A program made the translations under genes and the position numbers. From Acidimicrobiales bacterium (GTDB lineage Bacteria > Actinomycetota > Acidimicrobiia > Acidimicrobiales > VFJN01): a stretch of 64,000 nucleotides of DNA. Below are positions 58,082 to 64,000 of the stretch, piece after piece (position 1 is the stretch's first letter; each line of letters starts with the position of its first letter). Under the pieces are notes generated by a model. It saw only the letters and a program-made list of their open reading frames with translations, had not been told where the DNA came from and searched no databases. The DNA lies in assembly GCA_035316325.1 (NCBI GenBank), contig DATHJB010000239.1, positions 2,512 to 66,511 on the forward strand. Direction: 5' to 3'.

Positions 58082-59074
58082 GTGACGGAACAGCTGTCCT
58101 TCGACGTCGTCGGCATCGGCAATGCCCTCGTCGACGTTCTCGCCCACCACGACGACGCGTTCCTGGCCCGCTGGGACATGACCAAGTCGAAGATGGAGCT
58201 GATCGACGCCGACCGGTCCGAAGCGATCTACGGCGCCCTCGGGCCGAGCCTGGAGATGTCGGGCGGCTCGGCGGCCAACACCATCGCCGGCGTGGCGAGC
58301 TTCGGCGGGCGGGCCGCGTTCCTGGGCCGGGTGTTCGACGACGGGCTGGGCGCTGCCTTCGCCCACGACCTGCAGTCGCTCGGGGTGACCTTCCGGGCGA
58401 AGCCCGCCACCGAGGGGCCCCGCACGGGCCGCTGCATGATCATCGTCACCCCCGACGCCCACCGGACCATGAACACCTACCTGGGTGCGGCGTCGTTCTT
58501 CTGCACGTCCGACATCGACGCCGAGATGGTGTCGAGCGCCAAGGTCACGTTCCTGGAGGGGTACCTCTTCGACCGGCCCGAGTCGAAGGACGCCTACCGG
58601 GCCGCCTCCGACATCGCCCACGGCGCCGGCCGCAAGGTGGCCCTCACGCTGTCGGACCTCTTCTGCGTCGAGCGCCACCGCGACGACTGGCTGCCGCTGG
58701 TGCGCGATCGGGTGGACATCCTCTTCGCCAACGACGCCGAGGCGATGGCGCTGTGGCAGTGCGACGACATCCCGACCGCCGTCGAGCGGGCCCGGGAGAA
58801 CGTGGAGATCGGCTGCATCACCTGCGGTCCCGAGGGCTCGATCGTGGTGTCGGGCGACGAGACCCACAAGATCCCTGCCGAGCCCGTCGAGCTGATCGAC
58901 ACCACCGGCGCCGGCGACCTCTACGCCGCCGGGTTCCTCTACGGCTACACCCAGGGCCGCTCGCTGCCGGAGTCGGGCCGCCTCGGTTCCATCGCCGCCT
59001 CCGCCGTCCTCGGCCACATGGGCGCCCGCCCGGGCCTCTCCCTGTCCCAACTCGTCGACGTCCTCGACCGCTGA
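58082..59074 (+). CDS. PfkB-family carbohydrate/nucleoside kinase (adenosine-kinase-like)
   Basis: ...DVVGIGNALVDVL...SGGSAANT... and the C-terminal DTTGAGDLYAAGFLYG anion-hole motif. GTG 58082, with alternative GTG 58073. Confidence 0.8.
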   Translation: MTEQLSFDVVGIGNALVDVLAHHDDAFLARWDMTKSKMELIDADRSEAIYGALGPSLEMSGGSAANTIAGVASFGGRAAFLGRVFDDGLGAAFAHDLQSLGVTFRAKPATEGPRTGRCMIIVTPDAHRTMNTYLGAASFFCTSDIDAEMVSSAKVTFLEGYLFDRPESKDAYRAASDIAHGAGRKVALTLSDLFCVERHRDDWLPLVRDRVDILFANDAEAMALWQCDDIPTAVERARENVEIGCITCGPEGSIVVSGDETHKIPAEPVELIDTTGAGDLYAAGFLYGYTQGRSLPESGRLGSIAASAVLGHMGARPGLSLSQLVDVLDR

Positions 59075-59101
59075 CGCAGCCCGCCCGCCTTTGGGGCTGC
59101 G
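59075..59101. terminator. bidirectional hairpin CGCAGCCC-N11-GGGCTGCG between convergent genes
   Basis: Perfect 8-bp G/C-rich stem that exactly fills the 28-nt gap between two stop codons. A TTT lies in the loop, and there is no trailing U-tract. Confidence 0.4.
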
Positions 59102-59102
59102 G

Positions 59103-59495
59103 CTACCGGACGAACTGGTAGTCGGGGGCGACCTTGACGATGACGCGCTCGGTCTCGATCTTTCCGCCGTAGTCCTGGCCGAGGTACCGCTGGGAGAGCT
59201 GGTCGATGTGGGCGCGGGCCTCGGGGCCGGTCACGGTCTCCACGACGTGTCCCCGCACCTCGACGTACTTGTAGGGGTTCTCGTGGTCGATGATCGCCAC
59301 CGTGACCCGGGGGTCGCGCTGGAGGTTCTTGAAGCCGCGCCGGTGCACCTCGGTGTTGATGAGGATGTGCTCGCCGTCGGTGTCGACCCAGAGGGGTTTG
59401 GTCTGCGGGGTGCCGTCGCTGAGGAGGGTGGTGACGGCGGCGTAGTTCTGGCCCTGCGCGAGCTTGGTGATCTGTTCGTCGAGCATGGGCGACAC
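59103..59495 (-). CDS. PPOX-class F420-dependent oxidoreductase (pyridoxamine 5'-phosphate oxidase fold)
   Basis: ...NYAAVTTLLSDGTPQTKPLWVDTDGEHILINT....RRGFKNLQRDPRVTVAI......Y.YVEVRG fits the TIGR03618-like pattern. Confidence 0.8.
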   Translation of the reverse strand: MSPMLDEQITKLAQGQNYAAVTTLLSDGTPQTKPLWVDTDGEHILINTEVHRRGFKNLQRDPRVTVAIIDHENPYKYVEVRGHVVETVTGPEARAHIDQLSQRYLGQDYGGKIETERVIVKVAPDYQFVR

Positions 59496-59496
59496 C

Positions 59497-60018
59497 CTAC
59501 GGACTGGGTGTGACGGTCAAGGACCCGTCGGGCGAGAAGCGGACGGCGATGCGGGTGCCGTCGGGGTGCTCGGCGACGTAGAGGTTGCTGCCGTCGGGTT
59601 GGACCAGGCTGCTGCACTCGGCGCCGGCGACGTCGGCGGCGGTGAGGAGGCCCGGCAGGGGCTCGCAGTCGACCCGGCCGTTGTCGAGGCCGGCCTCCTC
59701 GGCACCCGTCGCACGGGTGGCGGCGGCGATCCGGCCCGCCACCTGGTCGATCCCCGGGTCGACCGGCGCCGCCGCCCCCACGCCCCGCTCGAACGACGCC
59801 AGGTCCTCCTGCAGCATCGCCACCTTCGGGTGGTCGGCCGGCAGGCCCGACGCCGTCATGGCGTCGATCTCGCCCTGCAGCACGGCGACGCCGCTGCTCG
59901 CGGCCGAGGCCGAGGCCGTGTCGCTCGTCGCCTCCGAGGTGTCGTCGGGGAACAGGGTGAGCAGGCCGAGGCCGGTCATGGCGGCGCCCAGGGCGCAGGC
60001 GTAGAGGTAGCGGGGCAC
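59497..60018 (-). CDS. hypothetical membrane-anchored/secreted protein
   Basis: N-terminal hydrophobic segment ...ACALGAAMTGLGLLTLF. No domain was recognised. It lies 1 nt downstream of the preceding gene. Confidence 0.5.
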   Translation of the reverse strand: MPRYLYACALGAAMTGLGLLTLFPDDTSEATSDTASASAASSGVAVLQGEIDAMTASGLPADHPKVAMLQEDLASFERGVGAAAPVDPGIDQVAGRIAAATRATGAEEAGLDNGRVDCEPLPGLLTAADVAGAECSSLVQPDGSNLYVAEHPDGTRIAVRFSPDGSLTVTPSP

Positions 60019-60019
60019 G

Positions 60020-60988
60020 TCAGCGCTGCCAGTGCATGTCGGTGGTGGTCTCCAGGTTGGCCTGCCGGGTGAGCGGGCTGCCGTTGAGGTACCGGAGCAG
60101 GAAGTTCCCGGCCTCCAGCGGGCCGTTGTCGACCTGGGCGCACCCGCCCACCTGCAGGCACGCCCCGCGTTGCGACATCGCCCCGAAGAACGTCATCCCG
60201 TCGTTCTGGGTGCGGGCGCCGTACTCGTCGATCTTCTGCCACTGCCGGGCGTTGACGCCGCTGGTGGCGTAGATCTGCGGCATCGGCAGCGCCGGGTCGT
60301 ACTGCCAGGACAGCCGCCACAGCTGGTGCTGGTTCCAGCCGTTGTTGCAGGCGCCGCCGCCGGCGGTGTCGCGGGGGCAGCCGTCGGCGGAGAAGTTGGC
60401 GTGGACGCCCCGACGCCCCGGCACGCTGTCGTAGCCCCTCATCCACGCCTCGGCCTTGGGGTACGCCGACCACGACGGCTCGACGTCCCAGGCGCCGTCC
60501 ACCTGCGCCACGCCCGGGTAGTAGGTGGCGGCCCAGCCGTTGATGTCGCGCACGACCTTGGCCCACTCGACGCCGTGGCCCGTGGCCCACACGTCGTTGC
60601 GCCGGTCGATGGTGCTGTTGCTGGTGCCCATCCCCACGATCACCTGCTGGTTGGGCGACTGGCGGCACCAGGCGTACCCGCGGATGAAGTCCTGCACCAG
60701 CACGCCGGCCTGGCGGACGGTGCGGTCGGAGCCGCCCCAGAGGGTGGCGCCGAACTGGCCCTGGGTGTCGATCGGCGCCCCGAAGAAGAGGGTCAGGCGG
60801 CCCTGCGTGTCGCCGTTGTCGCAGCCCAGCTTGGTGGCGGCGTCGTGGCTGGCGGAGGCGACGTAGTAGCTGCGGGTGTGCGGCAGCAGGGCCGCCGCGG
60901 GCGCGGCCTCGGCGGGCGGGGTGGCGCGGGTGGTCGCCGATGCGGCGACCAGAACGGCGAGCAGGACGAAGGCGACGCGCCAGACCAC
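60020..60988 (-). CDS. hypothetical secreted protein (Trp/Cys-rich)
   Basis: Signal peptide MVWRVAFVLLAVLVAASA. 322 aa with several Cys pairs. No domain was recognised. Confidence 0.55.
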   Translation of the reverse strand: MVWRVAFVLLAVLVAASATTRATPPAEAAPAAALLPHTRSYYVASASHDAATKLGCDNGDTQGRLTLFFGAPIDTQGQFGATLWGGSDRTVRQAGVLVQDFIRGYAWCRQSPNQQVIVGMGTSNSTIDRRNDVWATGHGVEWAKVVRDINGWAATYYPGVAQVDGAWDVEPSWSAYPKAEAWMRGYDSVPGRRGVHANFSADGCPRDTAGGGACNNGWNQHQLWRLSWQYDPALPMPQIYATSGVNARQWQKIDEYGARTQNDGMTFFGAMSQRGACLQVGGCAQVDNGPLEAGNFLLRYLNGSPLTRQANLETTTDMHWQR

Positions 60989-61069
60989 AGGGGGTTCCTC
61001 TCCGTGAGCTGAGGGGGACGGGGCGCGCGAAGGATTCCGCCGGGACCCCGAAAGGTCAAGGACCTGGGG

Positions 61070-61672
61070 TTACTGGTCGTCGTCGACGGGCGGCAGGAAG
61101 GGGAGGTTCAGGTCGCCCAGTCGCACCAGCGTCGCCGCGATCCAACCCCCCATGGCGCTGAGGTGGTCGTCGAGCGTCGATCCGTCGGCCAGCGTGGCGT
61201 CGTCGAGCTCGTAGGAGCCCTCGTACGACACCTCGATGGCGTACTCCCGCGACGTCAGGTCGCTCGAGAACACCGTCTCGATGGTGGGCCCGGAGCGCTC
61301 GAGGCGGTCGGTGCCGATCGCCGCGCTCGACGACGGCAGCACCGACAGCAGCTTCTCCGGGTCCGGGGCCTCGGCCAGCCGCTGCACCCGCAGGACCAGC
61401 TCGATGTCGATGCGGGGCGGGTCGGTGTAGGGCTCGCCGATGTACCAGGAGCGGTAGGCGGTCTGCGCCCAGGTGGGCCAGTCGAGGGTGAGGTCGGCCT
61501 GCACCCGGGGTGGGAGGCCCTCGCCGGGCAGGCTGTACGACGTCTCCCACGTGAGGTCACCCAGCAGCACGTCCGCCTGGAAGCGCTCCTCGAACGCCTG
61601 GCGCTCCAGCATCGCCTGTTCCAACGAGTCCCGCAGGGCCCCGATGGCGTCCGTGAACACGTGGTCGAGCAT
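61070..61672 (-). CDS. hypothetical protein
   Basis: 200-aa ORF with good GC3 and an acidic C-terminus. No domain was recognised. Confidence 0.5.
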   Translation of the reverse strand: MLDHVFTDAIGALRDSLEQAMLERQAFEERFQADVLLGDLTWETSYSLPGEGLPPRVQADLTLDWPTWAQTAYRSWYIGEPYTDPPRIDIELVLRVQRLAEAPDPEKLLSVLPSSSAAIGTDRLERSGPTIETVFSSDLTSREYAIEVSYEGSYELDDATLADGSTLDDHLSAMGGWIAATLVRLGDLNLPFLPPVDDDQ

Positions 61673-61766
61673 GGCGATCGGAGGCTACTGCCGGCCACCC
61701 CCCTTTGTGCCCAGCGGCCTCGGCCCCGCGGCTCCGACCACAGACGACTCGTGATCGAATGGCGGT

Positions 61767-62723
61767 ATGGCGGGCGAACTGGAGGCGCGGCTGGCGGCCG
61801 CGGCGGAGGCGGTGCGGGAGCGGGAGCTCACGGCGCAGCGGTGTGAGGAGCTGGAACGTTGGCTCGACGAGCTCAACCACTGGCTGACCGGCCTACGGGC
61901 CGAGCACGCCGCGGAGGTCGACGACGTCGGGCGCCTGGAGGGCATCTCGCTGACCCGGGTGCTCGCCGCCCTGCGCGGCGCCCGTGAGGACCGGCTGGCC
62001 CAGGAGCAGGCGCAGGCCGCCGCCGCGGCGTTGCGGGTGAACGACGCGACGTGGAGGCTCGCCGCGCTGCAACGCGAGTACGAGGCGGCGCGCACCCGGC
62101 TGTGGGAGCTCTCCGGAGCGCCGGAGGCCTACGCCGCGGTGCTCGACGAGAAGGACCGGCACCTGCGGAGCTCCGGGGACCCGAGAGCGCCGCGGATCCT
62201 CGACCTGGCCGACGAGCGGGGCCGCCTGACCGGCGAGGTCAACGAGCTCCACGAGGCGTTGGAGGCCGCCCTCACCGCCCGCCACGCGCTGACGATCGTC
62301 CGGGACCAGCTCGGCAGCGCGTCCAGCTGGTCGACCTACGACACGTTCTTCGGCGGGGGCTTCATCAGCAGCGCCATCAAGCACGACCGGCTGGACGACG
62401 CGGCCGCGGCCGCCGCCCACGCCGACCGGTGCCTGGCCGTGCTGCGGACCGAGCTCGCCGACGTCGGGGGAGCCGGCCTCACCGCCCCTCGGCTGGGCTT
62501 CGACGGCCTGACCCGGTTCCTCGACGTGTGGTTCGACAACGTGTTCACGGACTGGTCGGTCCGCAGCCGGATCCAGGAGGCGCAGCGCAACGTCGCCGGC
62601 TGCCTCGGGATGCTGGCGCAGGCCCACGCCCGACTGGAGCACGCCGCCGCGACGACCCGGGCGCGCCTCGCCGCGGTCGAGTCGGAGCGACACGACCTCC
62701 TCACCCGCGACCCGCCGCCCTAG
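61767..62723 (+). CDS. hypothetical coiled-coil protein
   Basis: 318 aa. The N-terminal half is Ala/Glu/Arg/Leu-rich with heptad-like character. It is divergent from 61070..61672. No domain was recognised. Confidence 0.5.
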   Translation: MAGELEARLAAAAEAVRERELTAQRCEELERWLDELNHWLTGLRAEHAAEVDDVGRLEGISLTRVLAALRGAREDRLAQEQAQAAAAALRVNDATWRLAALQREYEAARTRLWELSGAPEAYAAVLDEKDRHLRSSGDPRAPRILDLADERGRLTGEVNELHEALEAALTARHALTIVRDQLGSASSWSTYDTFFGGGFISSAIKHDRLDDAAAAAAHADRCLAVLRTELADVGGAGLTAPRLGFDGLTRFLDVWFDNVFTDWSVRSRIQEAQRNVAGCLGMLAQAHARLEHAAATTRARLAAVESERHDLLTRDPPP

Positions 62724-62864
62724 AGAGGCCGAGCGGATAGGGGGTTCGGCACAGCCCAAGAGTCCGCGACTTGGTGGCCGAGACCCAGCTCCACAGCGAG
62801 GCCTCCCGGCGACGCAGCACCGCAACCCGAGACGAGGCGGACCTATCCGCGCACGTTCTAGAAG

Positions 62865-63887
62865 TCAGACCGGGTTGGAGCCGGCCCAGGCGACCAGGTC
62901 CATCGCCGGTTGGGTGTTGACGATGCGGTCGGTCGGGATGTTGTGCTTGGCGGCCTTGTCGCAGCCGTAATTCTGCCACTCGAGCTGGCCGGGGGCGTGG
63001 GCGTCGGTGTCGATGGAGAAGTTGAGGCCCCAGTCGATGGCCATGGTCAGGAGGTCGTCGGGCGGGTCCTGTCGCTCGGGGCGGCAGTTGATCTCCAGCG
63101 CCACGTCGAAGCGGGCGCAGGCGGCGAACACGATCTCCGGGTCGAACTGCGACTGCGGCCGCCCGGTCCCCACCACCTTGCGCCCGGTCACGTGCCCGAG
63201 GATGTCGACGTGCGGGCTGGCCAGGGCGAGCACCATCCGCCGGGTCATGTCCTCCCGGGGCATGCGCAGCTTCGAGTGGACGCTGGCCACCACGACGTCG
63301 AGCTCGGCGAGCAGCTGCTCGTCCTGGTCGAGTGAGCCGTCCGGCATGATGTCGACCTCGATGCCGGTGAGGATGCGGAACGGCGCCAGCTCGTCGTTCA
63401 GCGCCCGGATCTCCGCCAGCTGCTCCCGTAGCCGCTCCTTCGTGAGGCCGTGGGCGATGGTGAGGCGGGGCGAGTGGTCGGTCATCACCAGGTACTCGTG
63501 GCCCAGAGCCTGGGCGGTCAGCGCCATCTTCTCGATCGACGCCCCGCCGTCGGACCAGGTGGAGTGGCTGTGGCAGTCGCCCTTCAGCGCCGCCCGCAGC
63601 TCGGCGCCCTCGCCCAGCGGGATGACGGTCTCGTCCTCGAGCTTGGCGACGTAGTCGGGCACCTCGCCGTCGAGCGCCTCGGCGATCACCTTGCCCGTGC
63701 TCTGGCCGATGCCGGGCAGGTCGGTGAGGGTTCCTTCGGCATGGCGCCGGGTCAGCTCGTCGACGCCCACCTCCTCGGCGACGTCGCGGGCGCGCGCGAA
63801 CGCCCGCACCTTCTGCGACTCGGCCAGCGTGCGATCCAGGAGGTAGACGACACGATCCAGCGCTTCGACGGGGCCCATGGCCACCAA
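62865..63887 (-). CDS. PHP-domain phosphoesterase with N-terminal helix-hairpin-helix region (PolX-like C-terminal architecture without a polymerase core)
   Basis: ...LTDLPGIGQSTGKVIAEAL (HhH) followed by DCHSHSTWSDG... and later His/Asp metal-ligand motifs of the PHP fold. Possible starts are TTG 63887, GTG 63884 and ATG 63878. Confidence 0.8.
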   Translation of the reverse strand: MVAMGPVEALDRVVYLLDRTLAESQKVRAFARARDVAEEVGVDELTRRHAEGTLTDLPGIGQSTGKVIAEALDGEVPDYVAKLEDETVIPLGEGAELRAALKGDCHSHSTWSDGGASIEKMALTAQALGHEYLVMTDHSPRLTIAHGLTKERLREQLAEIRALNDELAPFRILTGIEVDIMPDGSLDQDEQLLAELDVVVASVHSKLRMPREDMTRRMVLALASPHVDILGHVTGRKVVGTGRPQSQFDPEIVFAACARFDVALEINCRPERQDPPDDLLTMAIDWGLNFSIDTDAHAPGQLEWQNYGCDKAAKHNIPTDRIVNTQPAMDLVAWAGSNPV

Positions 63888-64000
63888 ACTACGGTCCCGT
63901 GTCCTCGCCTACCTCACGAAGAGCCGCTGCGAGCGCGGCCCGCAGCCGTCGGGCGGTCGCCGGGGCGAGGTGACCGGTCACGCCGGTGCCCGACCCGCCC

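Noticed and set aside
62724-62864. Considered SRP (4.5S) RNA or 6C RNA for this structured intergenic region
   Set aside because: I could not find the conserved SRP domain-IV motif (GGAAGCAGCC-like) or the paired C-rich loops of 6C RNA. The region is kept only as an unclassified structure.
63889-64000. Possible 3' end of a minus-strand gene (...GSGTGVTGHLAPATARRLRAALAAALREVGEDTGP-stop) running off the window edge
   Set aside because: Only about 37 codons are visible, with no recognisable motif and only moderate codon bias. The support is insufficient to report a CDS.

Overview
GC-rich, actinobacterial-type chromosomal segment. Supporting signs are the pupylation ligase pafA, F420/LLM-type and mycofactocin-type redox enzymes, frequent GTG/TTG starts, and many 1-4 nt GTGA/ATGA/TGATG gene overlaps. 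I can support about 58 protein-coding genes. I found no rRNA, tRNA or CRISPR array by eye.

Gene content from left to right:
- carboxylesterase fragment, Na+/H+ antiporter, lipoprotein, glycogen-debranching-like enzyme
- a three-gene minus-strand operon in which an AMP-dependent ligase is sandwiched by two paralogous NIPSNAP-like proteins
- an orphan pafA divergent from a standalone LigD-type polymerase domain
- a block of regulators (LysR, TetR, MmyB-like) and small redox enzymes
- a large redox/catabolic island at 17-32 kb (ALDH, CMD, Zn-ADH, SDRs, LLM oxidoreductases, cyclase, SnoaL-like proteins) with an embedded Liv-type ABC importer
- a second Liv-type importer with unusual domain fusions at 32-39 kb
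- a small gene-decay patch, a macro-domain protein, a CDF exporter and a three-module secreted protein
- housekeeping or miscellaneous genes: threonine dehydratase, OSBS/NSAR-like enolase, Map, S8 protease, membrane-anchored Hsp70-like protein, CsaA-like protein, YcaQ-like protein, ferredoxin and its reductase, YhhN, PepN, adenosine kinase, PPOX
- several uncharacterised secreted or coiled-coil proteins and a PHP-domain protein

Most interesting observations:
1. A family of exactly 53-nt palindromic repeats has four copies. One copy is translated in frame as the linker between two ABC ATPase domains. Another copy supplies the last codons and the stop codon of pepN.
2. Two unusual transporter architectures are present: a LivH-LivM-LivF single polypeptide, and an MFS-like domain fused to LivF- and LivG-type ATPases.
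3. An exact 14-nt operator-like motif precedes three transcription units of the redox island, and a degenerate copy precedes a fourth.
4. A roughly 100-nt collinear repeat directly flanks the pafA/PolDom pair.
5. The AMP-ligase operon is flanked by the two NIPSNAP-like paralogs.
6. One ORF is a chimera of a VOC fragment and a phosphoesterase fragment, and it lies next to a frameshifted small membrane gene.

All functional calls are motif recognition by eye. No database search was run.
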